A stretch of 63,055 bases of DNA, counting the filler, from Octopus bimaculoides (taxonomy: Eukaryota), in the NCBI RefSeq assembly GCF_001194135.2. It is 7 parts of 6 records of this genome, joined end to end, with 100 filler letters (N's around TTAATTAATTAA, not from the genome) between each part and the next. Parts side by side here need not be neighbours in the genome. Positions count along the whole stretch, not along the records: positions 1 to 15,416 come from NC_068985.1; 6 more parts are not named here. One strand, written 5' to 3'. The translations under genes were made by a program, and so were the position numbers. Below, one piece after another: positions 1 to 13,453 of the stretch (its first letter is position 1; each line of letters begins with the position of its first letter). The notes under the pieces were generated by a model. It made no database searches. It was given only the letters and a program-made list of their open reading frames with translations, and was not told the origin of the DNA.

Positions 1-147
1 GTGTTTGTCTCTGTTTAAGTTTGAGTACACACACACACACACGCTCGCACGCACGTGTGTGTCCATAAAGTAAAGTGGTTTGGGATCTGAAAATATATTT
101 ATTTAACCACGTGACATCCAGAAGATTATCGCCGTTTCGCAGCCTAC

Positions 148-148
<1 letters not shown>

Positions 149-228
<80 letters not shown>
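149..228. repeat. (AGAT)n microsatellite
   Basis: Perfect tetranucleotide run. Many other (CA)n, (TA)n, (CATA)n, (GA)n and (TTA)n runs occur throughout and are not all listed. Confidence 0.95.
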
Positions 229-229
<1 letters not shown>

Positions 230-634
230 TGCCTTTCTTTATCTAGACATCATTCTAAATAGTATTTTTTGAGAATGATAGTCTCTGAGGACGGAAATGT
301 ATAGTCTTGTCAGTATCTCTCTGTTGTTTTAAGAAGATAGACACTTCTCAGTTACAGTATTTTCTTCATCTGCTGGCAGAAGATCTGTGTTTTTAACCCT
401 ATCGATGAATGACACCTAATAACGGAATGCTTGAAAAAAATTAACGGCTGTGGATTGCTGAATTGTAACATAAGCTTTCAGTTACGTAACAGTACCAATA
501 ATAACCTCTGACGCAGGCAGAAGGCTACAGAGTTAAAGAAGAAGAGTCTGTCCATAATATTGATCTCCAGCACATGACTAGCACGTTACTTTATCCAGTC
601 CAGAAGGATAACCAGCAAAGGCGCTTTCGTAATA

Positions 635-843
635 TTCTGAGTGCGTTAGAACACCGGGCGATATGCTTAGCAGTATTTCGTCTGCCTTTACGTTCTGAGT
701 TCAAATTCCGCCGAGGTCGACTTTGCCTTTCATCCTTTTTCGGGGTCGATAAATTAAGTACCAGTTGCGTACTGGGGTTGATCTAATCGACTGGTCCCCA
801 TCCCAAAAATTTCAGGCCTTGTGCCTAGAGTAGAAAAGAATAT
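635..843 (+). mobile_element. tRNA-derived SINE, family S1
   Basis: B-box-like GAGTTCAAATTCC followed by the core GCCGAGGTCGACTTTGCCTTTCATCC...GGGGTCGATAAATTAAGTACCAG. The same core recurs inverted at 6039-6400. Confidence 0.8.
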
Positions 844-949
844 GTTGAGTGCGTATATGTAAGCGTGCGCTCTTACTTACATGGCTGGCAGGATGGATGG
901 ATGGATGGATGGATGGATGGATGGATGGATGGATGGATGGATAACTTAG

Positions 950-1460
950 TTAACTTAGGTTTCCATCATTCTTGGCTCGGATCATGTTTCACTTAATAGC
1001 AGCATTTGGGGTAGACCTTTAAGCTATGTTTTGAGACATGGTAGTCCTCTCGAGTTGAGAGATGTTGTCTACCGATAAGTATCCGGTGGGGGAGGGATAC
1101 ATATCAGTTGATTTCTCTAGTATTTGTTGGAGGAGTTTGTCCAGGTAGCGTTTGAATGTTACGGGGTCTTTTTCTTTCTTTCTGGATGATGTTTACCGAG
1201 GCAGGACCAGTTGAGGTAAAAAGTTGTGTCGCAATGACATTTTGTAATGTGAGCGCGATCTTTGAAGAGAGCATATGAAGTCTAGCCTTGACTCGGGAGT
1301 CTAGCTTTGACTAACTTGTAAACTTGATACTGGCATTGGTTGATGGAATATTTTCTACATTGTACAAATTATATAGCGCTCATAATGGAGTTGGAAAAAA
1401 TACTGTGGACTTTCTGAGTGATACCAATAATCAAGGTCTAGTGTACCATTTATTTTTTTC
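950..1460 (-). mobile_element. Decayed CR1-like LINE, 3' end of ORF2
   Basis: Minus-strand translation KDPVTFKRYLDKLLQQI is typical of the CR1-group RT C-terminus; stops are present. Confidence 0.55.
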
Positions 1461-1769
1461 CTTTTTATTTTGAGATTGATCTCTGGATGTTTCAGTCCTC
1501 ATCATCATCATCACCATCCGTTTCCTCATCACCATCATCACCATCACCATCGTCGTCGTCGTCATTATGCGTTGTCTGCAAGCAGACGTTGATGCCCGTC
1601 GATATGAAATGCGACGGAATCGTAGTATCAGGAGTGAGTTGTCCTCCTCTGTTAGTTTTTGTCCTCAGCTGCTGTGGTTCAACTTCGAGTATCAAAGTCC
1701 AATCTTCTCCTGATATGTTAAGCCATATCCTTGTATCTCAGTTCGGATTTACCTTGATTCCACGTACAA

Positions 1770-1980
1770 CTAGGCAAATATGAAGAGAATACATATTTCA
1801 AACGATACTGTTCCAGAACAAATCATGGAACAAATTATAACCTTCAAACACTCCCTGGACAAATTCCTTCATGGAATATCATACAAACCACCGACATCCG
1901 GATATATTTCATTCAACAACAACTCATTGTTTGATTGGTCTATGGTGTCCTTAGACACGATTTAGGCCAATACAAGCCGA
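1770..1980 (+). mobile_element. Decayed CR1-like LINE 3' fragment
   Basis: FKHSLDKFLHGISYKPPTSGYISFNNNSLFDW (ORF 1780-1965) resembles the CR1-group ORF2 C-terminus. Confidence 0.6.
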
Positions 1981-3960
1981 AACCTAACGTTCTATATACG
2001 TGTGTGTAGGTGTATGTGTATGTATGTGTATATCTTAGTGTGTCTGTGCATGTGTACACGCATACATAATGCACAAATACGTTTAAATATGTAAATAGTT
2101 GCGCGCGCGCGTGTGTGCATGTGAATGTAGCATTTGCCTAAGATATCTGAGAACAAGTAGAGATAGTTGTAACAAAATAAACTCGTAAACAAATCTCACT
2201 GACAAGCTAGTAACTAGATCCGATATATGCCAAGGGAAACAGTTCCATGATGCGGTTAAGACTTCTGTTTTATAACTTGTAACGGAAAATGCTAAATATG
2301 GCACATTTATTAAGGTTTACGACACACCCACGTGATTAGCGTGTGTTTGACATGACAAATTACCCAAATTTATTTCAAAGTTCATAAGAACGTTGGTAAC
2401 CCGAGAATATTCTTCACTCACTTGATTCTAAGCGTTCTTGTTAGTTAGCTTATCAGTTTCTTAAATTAAATATCAGAGGAGTTGTAGAGGGTTAAGTTTA
2501 TTAGGGTATAGAATGACCGTGTGTTCGTATCTTGTTACCGGTACTCACATTGCAGTCTTCGTCACACGGGTGCACGTACACACACACACACACACATCTA
2601 ATTTCCCTGAAAAACCCCTTTTAATTCGAAGGCATGACTGTGTAGTTATGAAGTTCTCTTCTCAACCATGTGATTCTGTGTTCAGTCTCACTGTGTCTTC
2701 TGCAATGATATCAAGTAGATCAATATCTTGTAAGTGGGACTTTTGCTTGACGAAAATTGTGATGAAGCCTTTCATATAAATACTTATAAATATGTATATA
2801 TATTTTTTCATCCAATATATATCAGCGAAGGATAGACAACAGCGAGAAATCCGCTATAACAAGCGTTCTTCCAATGATATGCTATATAGAACTTATTCTA
2901 CAACAAGTTATAGACACTCGCTTGGCAGTTGTGTCGTCAGAAATTCAGTGATCCTATGAGTGGTCTTTTGGAAATCTGTTACACAAAATATTCTCGTGTT
3001 ACGATATTCTTGTCAACATTTAAATAATTTTCGAAAAATCGTCGCGTCAAACCCAAGCTCTCTGATCTTGTGTGTATATAAAGCTTAATAAATGTGCCAT
3101 ATTAGGGTTTACGAATTGTTTACGAATTGCCTAACATGTAGAAACATTTTTTGCGACATCCTACTTCAATACTTCATTTTGGTGCAACAGCAGCATTGAC
3201 TGTTCACTAGCATGATAGCGGGGTATATGTCCTAGCAGGTCCTAGAAGCTACAAAAGTACCTGATTACTGATCCTACAGTAAGACTGCCTAACTGAAGCG
3301 TGCACGTAGTCTATTCGCAAAAGGTTGGAAGCCAGCAAAACTGAGGAAGTAATCAAATGGCCTCCCAAACAGGGAGGTTTCATTTTAAAAGCTAAAGAAA
3401 TGGGCCTCAATATCTGCGGGTCAATCGGATCGCTTCATGGCGGCGAAGTGAAATCCGAGGGATCAGAGGCTAAGAATCTCAAATACTCATAGACCGCTAA
3501 GGAATCGGATAACGACCTTTGCAATATGTACCTACAACTGCAAGCCTTTGGCAGGGAGAACCCATCTAATTGGAGAGAAAAAGGAAATCAAAGACGATGT
3601 AGTTGGGATCTTTGAAACATGTTGAAGGAAAGAGATAAATGTGAGATGGACAGATGGAAACGTCGTGAGACTGAGAAAAACAGAAGGTGCGAAAACAACA
3701 GAAAGTATAGGGTTCATCGTAAGCAAACAGGATTCGAAATTTGTTTCTTGCCAGATGCCTTCTTCGTGCATCAGTATGCTAAACGTTATCTCTCAAGAAA
3801 TGTCACCCAGATCATTCAGATCTATCCTCCCGCTAAAGCGAGCAAAGATGAAGTTGAGGAATTCTAACAAGAGCTAGAGAAAGCGCTAAATCACAAATCA
3901 ACTTAAACCGTAATGATGGAAGATTTCAACGCAAAGTTGGAAAAAGGCGAGAGGGTGAGA

Positions 3961-4119
3961 AATACACATTATTTACATTATTTACATTACATTTTACGGA
4001 TATTTGTCCTCATCCTGCTTGTTATTAACACAACGTTTCGGCTGATATACCCTCCAGTCTTCATCAGGTGTCTTGGGGAAATTTCGAACCTGGGATCTCA
4101 TTTCTAAGGTATTTTTCGA

Positions 4120-4159
<40 letters not shown>

Positions 4160-4230
4160 TTATGCTTGACTTTTGCTTTGCATTTGTACAAGTTGGATCC
4201 AAGTCTCACCCAGAGACCTCAAGAGACAAC

Positions 4231-4305
<75 letters not shown>

Positions 4306-4469
4306 TCACTGCCTGGAATCGAACTCGGAATCTTGGGGTTAGTAGCTCGTGCTCTTAACCACTACGCCATATACCTGTGTATTAACAACAAACAAGATGA
4401 GGACAAATATCCGTCAAATGTAAATAATGTAAATAATGTACATAATTCCTCATCTGTTAAATATAGAAC
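3961..4469 (-). mobile_element. Composite non-autonomous Penelope-like insertion with ~70-bp inverted ends, a tRNA-like head (4301-4370) and (TTA)n tracts
   Basis: 3965-4031 is the near reverse complement of 4377-4442. GGTGAGA at 3954-3960 and 4470-4476 is a possible target-site duplication. A box TGGCGTAGTGG and B box GTTCGATTCC lie on the minus strand. Confidence 0.6.
4027..4072 (-). ncRNA. Minimal type I hammerhead ribozyme motif
   Basis: Minus strand reads GACAC-CUGAUGA-A-GACUG-(GAGGGUAUAU)-CAGCC-GAAAC-GUU-GUGUU. Core boxes are intact, stem I is GACAC/GUGUU, stem II has one mismatch, and palindromic AACGUU replaces stem III. Confidence 0.6.
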
Positions 4470-5589
4470 GGTGAGAGATATGTTGGTAAGTTTGAGAATA
4501 TTTGGTTATCCTAACAGAATCAAGAAGACTTTACATTGGGAACAGCCTATTCAGGAAGCAACGTGGAAGGAGATGGGCCTGGATAGCTCCAAACGCTCAA
4601 TGCAAAAATAAAATTGACTACATCCGGGTCGATAAACGGCGCATACTGCAGTGCGTCACAATAATGGTGTCATCCAACGCAGGCAGTGATCATCGCTTGC
4701 TACGGGCGAAGATGGTGATCAATGAAATCAGAGCAAAAAAGGCTGTGCATATTTCACTGAAGAATCATTGCATCAAGGCCTTTAATGTGAAGCAGTTGCA
4801 GGAAGGTATCAAAAAAGAAAACTCGGAGTCAATTTGAAGAACTCGATGAGGACAACAATTTGCTGGGCCAGAAAATTAAAAGCTGTATATGGAAAGCAAG
4901 AGCTACAAATCAGAGGGAGCATGAAGGAAGAAAATGCAGGAGAAACGGAGCGGAGTGGACGATGTGATCGCAGAATGACGAAAACACAAATTCAGCTGGG
5001 CCAGGTATATCACAGATAACAGGTAGACCAGCGCAGTTACCAAGTGGTATCCAAGAGATCGAGAAAAGCTACTTCGAAGGCCTCCATGATTAATGGAAGT
5101 TGATTTAGTTAAGCGATCTGGGTCAAGATGGAAAAGAATGGTGCAAATAAGACAATTAGAAGTGCTCTGTGACCAGCAGTGTACAACAGCCTCCGATGAT
5201 CGGCTCGATACTGCGATACCGCGATAAAAAAAAAGTGAGAGAAACGGTATAGATCAGGAGGCTGGAACAAGGGATGCTACTGATGGGTTTTTCCAACCAG
5301 ATCTAAGTTTTTTTTTATCAATGATGAGTTTATGGGTTTTAATTTCCAAATTTACATTAAATCTGGGTTTTTAAGTTAGTTTTGATTGCAAACCTATCTT
5401 TTAAAGAGAATTCGGTGTCATACTCTTTGTATGCAATATGTACCAAAGTTGCACCTCTTCTAATACTTTGTAAACTTTCTATATATCATCCATAATCATC
5501 TCACGTAATGAATTTGTCGATACAAATATTGTATGTGACATAATTACCGATCGCACGCGTTCATTATTTGTTTATACTTGTATCATACC

Positions 5590-5905
5590 GGGTAACTACA
5601 AGCAGTTGCATGCCTAGTAAAGAGCCTCTTCGGTCATGAATGACCATGGGATTGCACCCCTCCAAGGCACAAGTCTGGGCAAGGTTGTTTATGGAAGACC
5701 AGCAGTCGCCTATGCACGCCAGCCTCCTCCCTCCACGCCACTGACGTTATCCAAGAGAAAGGCAAAGGCCGATACAGTTGGGCACCAGCGACGTCGCAAA
5801 TCATTTCAACAGCAAAGTGAACTGGAGCAACGTGTAATAATGTCTCGTGCTCAAGAACACAACACACAGCCCGGTCCGGGAATAGAACTCACTACACTCT
5901 GACCA
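5590..5905 (-). mobile_element. tRNA-derived SINE, family S3-related
   Basis: Reverse complement of the family at 11125-11400; partial copy at 22046-22262. Confidence 0.7.
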
Positions 5906-6038
5906 CGTAAAATTAAAAATTCATTATTATTCTCAACTCAGGTGTGTTTCCATAGGATCCTATGTACATGCAATTCGACCCTGGTGCTAAAAAGGTTCCC
6001 CACATTTTATATAGAATCCTCGACATATATACAATAAT

Positions 6039-6400
6039 CCTTTCTACTGTAGGCACAAGGCCTGAAATTTGGGGGGAGGGGGTTAAGTTGATTGCATCGA
6101 TCCCAGTGCTCAACTGGTACTTATTTCACTGACCACGAAAGGATGGAAGGCAAAGTTGACCTCGGCGGAATTTGAACTCAAAACGTAGCGACGGGCGAAA
6201 TACCGCTAAGCATTTCGCCCGGCGGGCTGGGGCTACACACAGAGGGGACAAACAAGGACAGACAAACGGATTAAGTCGATTATATCGACCCCAGTGCGTA
6301 AATGGTATTTATTTAATCCGAAAGGATGAAAGGCAAAGTCGACCTCGGCGGAATTTGAACTCGGTGGAAATTGAACGCGCTAACGTTTCTGCCTTTGCCA
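6039..6400 (-). mobile_element. Two adjacent S1 SINE copies, the second partial
   Basis: AAGGCAAAGT(T/C)GACCTCGGCGGAATTTGAACTC occurs twice and is the reverse complement of the 635-843 core. Confidence 0.8.
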
Positions 6401-7296
6401 TATATACAATGACGTGATAGAAGAGCAGATATATTGGGAATCAGACACAACTGAACAGACAATCAGATTTTTAAATAGATAAGCTAACTAACACACACGT
6501 TATGACAATGCCAATAGATCTTATCCCAGGTATAATAATAAACAACATTATTATGGATCAATGGAATGTAGATGCACACACCCGTCTACTCTCACCAGGA
6601 TATTATTAGATATATGGGTGTGTATGTATGTGTATGTAGAGAGAGAAAGAGAGAGAGAGAGGGAGAGAGAGAGAGGGGGGAGAGAGTGGGAGAGAGAGAG
6701 AGATTAGGAGAGGGTGGCATCTTAAGAGGAACAAACGGGTGTGTACTTTTACATTCCATCACCAGAGATATGTATGCANNNNNNNNNNNNNNNNNNNNNN
6801 NNNNNNNNNNNNNNNNNNNNNNNNNNNNNNNNNNNNNNNNNNNNNNNNNNNNNNNNNNNNNNNNNNNNNNNNNNNNNNNNNNNNNNNNNNNNNNNNNNNN
6901 NNNNNNNNNNNNNNNNNNNNNNNNNNNNNNNNNNNNNNNNNNNNNNNNNNNNNNNNNNNNNNNNNNNNNNNNNNNNNNNNNNNNNNNNNNNNNNNNNNNN
7001 NNNNNNNNNNNNNNNNNNNNNNNNNNNNNNNNNNNNNNNNNNNNNNNNNNNNNNNNNNNNNNNNNNNNNNNNNNNNNNNNNNNNNNNNNNNNNNNNNNNN
7101 NNNNNNNNNNNNNNNNNNNNNNNNNNNNNNNNNNNNNNNNNNNNNNNATATATATATAAGCAAATGAAAAATAAATAAAGAAAAAGAAATGAATGAATAA
7201 AAATAAATGAGTGAAAAATTACTAAACTCTTACAGCTGTTTCTACTATAGGGTTGTCCAATCTGCCAAGTTTCCATATCATACCAGTAATATACAC

Positions 7297-8436
7297 GGAT
7301 TGTACAAAGGTTGAACAAGCATTGGACAGGAGTCGGACAATGATTGAGCCCCAAAGCTTCATCAGAGAGCCTATAATGTTATGAATCTAACATGTGAGGA
7401 AGTAAAGTAAAATAATAAAATAACAAAAGAAATAGTGAGGAATGGTAAAATCGTCAATTCCAAGGTAATATCCATAAGCTATGAGATTACATCTTATGGT
7501 AAATTCATAAGATTACATCTTATGGATTCTTTAAATCATACGCAGGTGCTGAGGCTAAAATTTTCCAATGAAGACCATAACTAATACCCTTATCTTTAAG
7601 GCCCCATATATAATTACTTAAACCAGTGGAATTCTTCCTATTTCTGTTTCTGAAGGTATACAGATGGTAATTCAGACTACGTTTCATATGGTTTTGGGTG
7701 GAACCCACATATACCTTATTACTCGATTGAGTACTTACTACCCATTGGTAAACTATTTCCTTTTTATTGCAATTATTACTAAAGACATAATCGTTACTAT
7801 TTCTACAATTACAAAGTCTAAACTGTTGTGCGGGGTCCTCGAATATTTTCTTTTATTTTCTCTTATTTGTTTTGTATTTTATTGATACATTTAACCGACC
7901 TGAACAACGCCATTGTTTTCAAATATTAACGGACCAATTAAGTTGTAGGATTAACTTTGGCTTCACCCTACTCACCATAGGAGTATTAGGATGAGTTTTT
8001 TGTTAATAAGTAATAACAGCACACTTAATTTTTACTCAAATTATTTCTTCATTGATATAGTTATATACTGATTTCCCCAAATAAGTTCACAATTTAACCT
8101 TGTTAATTCTATGATATCCTATTACATAGCCGTTAGCTTCTAACTTTTGACCCTTGTGATATGGACCATCCCATTAATCCCACTCCACTACGTCCTACCC
8201 TTGTTATATCCTGCAGTAAATTGAAATAAGATGTATTCTCATAACCTATGGATATTACCTTGGAATTGACTTTTTACTATTCCTTAACTATTTATATTTT
8301 ATTATTTTATCATTTTATTATTTTATTTTACTTCCTTACATGTTAGGCTCCTTACATTATGGACTCGCTGATGAAGCTTTGGGGCTCAATTATTGTCCAA
8401 CTCCTGTCCAATTTTCGTTCAACTTTCGTACAATCC
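7297..8436 (-). mobile_element. Penelope-like element remnant: GIY-YIG endonuclease fragment flanked by ~200-bp inverted repeats
   Basis: Minus translation CNCRN...NCNKKEIVYQ...NKVYVGSTQNHMKR...NSTGLSNYIWGLK. 7297-7496 and 8227-8436 are diverged reverse complements. Confidence 0.75.
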
Positions 8437-8697
8437 CTTGACATTCAAGATCACTTGGAATTAGATTCATCTTTATGAGTCAGTAGTGAACTTCTTTTGA
8501 GAGAAACGATAATTATTTTGTTATTGTTGTGATGTCTTATCCAGCAAACATATAATTAAAGCGCTCTCATCATGACCATCCCATATTTGGGACCACATTA
8601 TACAATAAAATTCCTTTTATAAGACGGTAAATATTTGATATATTCTAACTGCTATATTTAGCTGGGTAAACAGCAACCTTAGAGAATCTCTCTTTAG

Positions 8698-8701
<4 letters not shown>

Positions 8702-8785
<84 letters not shown>

Positions 8786-8792
8786 CGTGTGT
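8702..8792. repeat. (GT)n microsatellite leading into a partial S2 SINE (about 8790-9060)
   Basis: Perfect dinucleotide run, then GGGCCGACCAAAGCCTCGTGAGTGGATTTGGTA. Confidence 0.85.
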
Positions 8793-9209
8793 GCACGGGC
8801 CGACCAAAGCCTCGTGAGTGGATTTGGTACACAGAAACGGATCAAATACTGTCGTGTATGTGTCTCTGACCCTCTGTTTGTTTCCCACCACTGCTTTGTT
8901 TGTTTACGTCCGTGTAAGATAGCGGTTCGACAAAAGAAAACGATAGAATAATTACCATGCTCAAAAAACATAAGCACTGGGGTCGATTCGTTCAACTAAA
9001 ACCCCTTCATTACATGGCTACAGTCTAATGTCTGAAACAAATAAAACGTATACGCAATTATTGTAATGTTCATGATTAGCAGATGGAATATGCAAAAAGT
9101 CGCGGATATGCAACCACGGATTGCGTATCTATGACATTTTGCACATATATATGTATGTATGTATGTTTATATAGATCAAGCCTAATCGAGTTTATCTGCA
9201 TCACTATCC

Positions 9210-9262
<53 letters not shown>

Positions 9263-10025
9263 TGCCGACCCACACCATTTGTCGACCAGTACTGATTCGT
9301 TTATGACCCTCTAACTTAGCCGTTCGGCAAAAGAGACCAATTGAATAACTGACAGACTTCGGAAAATAGTAAAAATAGTACTGGTGCTGATTTCTTCGAC
9401 TAAACCCTCTAGAAGGCAGTGCCCCAGCGTGGCCACATACCCATGACTAACACGAAGGAAAAGTAGTTAAAGGGTGTATTGTATGCCAGTCGAAAACTAG
9501 AAAGATGAATGTCTATTTTGCGAATAACTAATGAGAATCATTCTAAATACTCCTTAAATATTCATGGAGATGTCTAACCTTTAACAAAGTTTCCCCACCA
9601 ATGAATCTGTGTATAGTGAGAGTAGGATATGTGTCTGGCTACAACATCAATTTAACACTGAAAGCCTTACTTTTTATCTATCATCAAATATTGAGAAACG
9701 CATCAGAGTTTCAGAAAAAAATCTTGACATCAAACGCAGTAATCAGACGCATGGCCATCTCTTCAGTTTTATATAGACATATTTGCGTACACACACGCAC
9801 CACACATACATACATACATACATGCATACACACAAACATACATATATATACGCATATACGCATATACACATGTACACACTTACAAACATACATATATATA
9901 TATATATACAAATATACACATATACACATCTACACACACACTTACAAACACATATATATACGCATATACACATGTACGCACAAATATATGTGGGTTACCT
10001 ACATATGTAACAAATTTTGTGTTTC

Positions 10026-10080
<55 letters not shown>

Positions 10081-11124
10081 GGGAGAGAGAGAGGGGGAGA
10101 GGGAGAGAGAGGGAGTGAGAGAGAGAGAAAGAGAGAGAGAGTGAGTGTGTGTGAGTGCGTGTGCATGTATTCGTGTATGTATGTATACATCCACACATCT
10201 ATATGTATATATCTGTGCTTGAGCGCGTAGATGTCTATTTATAGATGCATGCTTTGTTGAAAACTCTATTGCTTGAAATACTTTCACAGCACCTTGAATA
10301 TATGTAAATAATGATTTCTACCCTGGCAGAAGATCAAATATTTGTAAGGGAGCCGCATAATCGCTTGAAACTACTTGTGTGGTATTTATTTTATCAACCA
10401 TGAAATGATGAAAGGCAAGTTCGTTCCACCTTCACTTAAATGCAGGATGTAGAGGGCCGAGATATCGAATATTGTTGGACATCTGCAGACCTCCCTAAGG
10501 CGCTTCGATCATTTCACTAATTTTGTCTTTATTGTAGCTGTTTTTGTTGTTATTGTTGTTGACGTTGATAGTGTTACTGCTGCTGTTGTTGTTGTTTGTT
10601 GTTGTTGTTTAGCCACCGGTTATCCCGACTGAGTAAGCCTATCATCAAGGTGTCCCAACTATGACCATCTCTTCTATTCGATATCCATGGTTATATTTTC
10701 GAGTGTGTCCATCCTTTTTTTAAAGAATGCAATGCAGGATTTGATGGAAATTTGGGTGTGCTTTTTTTTTTGTTTTGGTTTGTTTTTCTAGCCTTTCGAG
10801 TAACCGGATAGAAAAAGGACTCCTCGTTCGTTGTTAAAGCTATGAATTTGTAACAAACAGAATTGCTAATTAATTCGACCTCTTAACACTGTTAATTTAA
10901 ATACTGTGTAGAAAGTTCACTTCATCTCTTCTCGGTACCATTTGAACCCAGAACAGTGGTTCCAAATCTATTCTAACTCAGCAGCCTCTTTCGCTGATGA
11001 AGTTTTGCAAATGGTTCTCTCATATTTTGCCAGAAGAAACAAAATGTAGAATATTTTAATCAAAAGAAGCTCATTTTTCGCAGTGCTTCATTATCAATAC
11101 TTCCTTGTATCAATGTGAAGGATC

Positions 11125-11400
11125 ATGGCTCAGGTTGTGAGTTCGATTCCTGGACCGATCTGTGTGTTGTGTTCTTGAGCAAGACAATTTATTTCACGTT
11201 GCTCCAGTCCACTCAGCTGTAGAAATGAGTTGCAGCGTCACTGATGCCAAGCTGCATCGGTGGAGAGAGGAGGCTGGTATGCATGGGTGACTGCTGGTCT
11301 TCCATAAATAACCTTGCCCGGACTTGTGCCGCGGAAGATAACTTTCTTACTGCAATATTATGGTCATTCATGACCGAAGGGGGTCTTTACCCTTATATCA
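11125..11400 (+). mobile_element. tRNA-derived SINE, family S3-related
   Basis: GTGAGTTCGATTCC B box, then TTGAGCAAGAC...GCTCCAGTCCACTCAGCTG shared with 58950-59270. Confidence 0.75.
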
Positions 11401-12870
11401 GTACTTTTTTTATATTGTCCCATATAGCATATTCCCCCTTTTTAGATATTACAGTGAGCTAGTTTGGGGTTGTTGTTTTTTTTTTGATAATTTTTTTTCT
11501 TAAGCCCTAGGACTCATAAACCCGGTAACCCAGTTTCTATGGCGTATAAGTGACCGAGATCACAACAATTCTCTTGAACGGAACGCCGACCCGTTGCAGG
11601 GTTCAAGTTCGGCAATTTTTGAAGGTAGGGAACAAATCAATAACGTCGACTATGACCGTGCTCCTTTATAAGCTCACAACGCCCCTTAGAAGGACGACCA
11701 CCCGTGTTACGTACTACCTACTTCTACACCTACCCATTAAATGTGTATGTAAATACTACTACAGCTGAGCCAGCGAGCGAGCCTCAACATGTTTTTTTTT
11801 ATCTGCTAAAAGTTGCGCCCATGTCACCAGCATAAACATCCTAGTCTTTAAAATAAGTCACATTCGCCAATGTAGTCCTAGATATACTATATGTCAAAGT
11901 AAGGTATGATGTTGATGACTAGAAAAACTATGACCGTTGGACGGCTTGATCAACGTTGATATGGGCCCATGTAACGAGCTAACGAAGGAGACTTTCCGTG
12001 GTCACATGAATTGCCAGAAATAGCAATCAAATTTCTTTAAAATCACGTGCTAACTTCTCAAAGCATGATGGTGATTTGCTTTGGATAATTTAATCCTACA
12101 TAGTCTCTCTGAAAAAAGACCGGATGGTTGTTGGTGTAGCATTTTTAATAGTGGGTCTGCTCAATCGGAGCTGATCGGGGGCTAAAACATTCGGCAATGA
12201 CATCTGCAACATCACGTTAACACGCACTCGCACGCACACACGCGCGCATACACACACGCACAGCACACTTTCACACATATACACACATATGCATACACAC
12301 ACTCATGCATATATATACATACACACACATACATACATGTATATATATATATATATGTATGTATGTATGTATGTATGCATGTATGTATGTATACACACAC
12401 ACAATGCGTCCTGCCCTAACTCTTCGAAACGCCTACTTTTAGAATGGTGGCAGCTGATGAAGGAAATGTTCTCTATGTGGCCTGTATGTTTTCTGTGCTC
12501 TGTTTATCATTTTGTCCACGTTATTTTGCGACGTCCTGTACCCAGATATGCATCTATATATACATGTAGATGTAGGTATGTACATACATGTACGAATATA
12601 TGCATATACTCACATATTATTTGTATTATATATATAACAGATACAAATGTAACATATATCAGAAACGAGTAAAGTTCTATCATATAATAGAATCAACTGT
12701 TAGTTTACAAAGGTTTACAGTGACAGACTGTTTCGTGCATTATGTACTGATTGCAGAAACAGTATTTCGCCCTAAAGCATTGCAAAGTAACATTTGATTA
12801 AATTACACACACAAACATACAGGCATAATGCATACCTACATATGTACATGTATAAGATATAATATAAATA

Positions 12871-13450
12871 CAGATTGAGTCAAACGTCTTTTCGGATTTT
12901 CACTGATGATTTTGGCAACTTGTATCTTCATGTTATGTCATTAATTTGATACAATTTATTGTCAAATCGTAGCTGAATTATTAGTATTTTATCTTCATAT
13001 ATAATATATAAACTTTAGTTATTCTTTATTTTACAGCTTTAATAATGAGTGGGGGAAATATTGCAATTAGAGCCATTTTATGCTACATGAGGGTATCAAA
13101 ACTGAGTGTAAAGGCGGTAGTGAATGAAATTAATGATGTGGACAGCCCAGGATCTGTCGACGAACGTGAGGCACAAAAGTGGTCCAGACGTTTCAAGGAA
13201 GATGACATCAGCCTCGAACACAAAACCTTGGTCAGGGAGACATTTAGTTGTGGAAAATGAGGCCTTGTTTGAAATAACTGAACAACAACCAAACACATGC
13301 ACTCATACATTGTAAGCAGAACTTATTCCTTTGCAAAGTACCATCAGTTGACACTTTCATAAACTCAGCCTTGTGAACAGACGCAGTCGAGAAGTTCCTC
13401 AATGACCAAACTCAACGAAGTGAGGACATTTGCAAACAACAGCTGGCGCA
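12871..13450 (+). mobile_element. Decayed mariner-type transposon, left end and N-terminal HTH
   Basis: TA-CAGATTGAGTCAAA terminus. MSGGNIAIRAIL...AVVNEINDV...VDEREAQKWSRRFKEDDISLEHK resembles the Mos1/SETMAR-type HTH; frameshifted. Confidence 0.7.
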
Positions 13451-13453
13451 GGA

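Larger units (their letters stand above)
3300..5180 (+). mobile_element. Decayed RTE-clade LINE (AP endonuclease plus RT C-terminal remnant), interrupted at about 3961-4469
   Basis: APE motifs IIQIYPP..DEVEEF, MEDFNAK, NSLFRK..RRWAWIAPN..KNKIDYI and GSDHRLLRAK. Frameshifts and stops; most of the RT is deleted. Confidence 0.85.

Noticed and set aside
1492-1695. Minus-strand ORF with an acidic D/E tail
   Set aside because: The tail is a (CAT/CAC/CGT)n microsatellite between two LINE remnants; no convincing splice or start context.
4301-4370. tRNA gene candidates (also 58955-59020 and other SINE heads)
   Set aside because: A and B boxes are present, but there is no complete cloverleaf and each continues into a SINE or TE body.
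8360-8400. CTGATGAAG motif in the Penelope inverted repeat as a third hammerhead
   Set aside because: No GAAA box or cleavage triplet at the required spacing.
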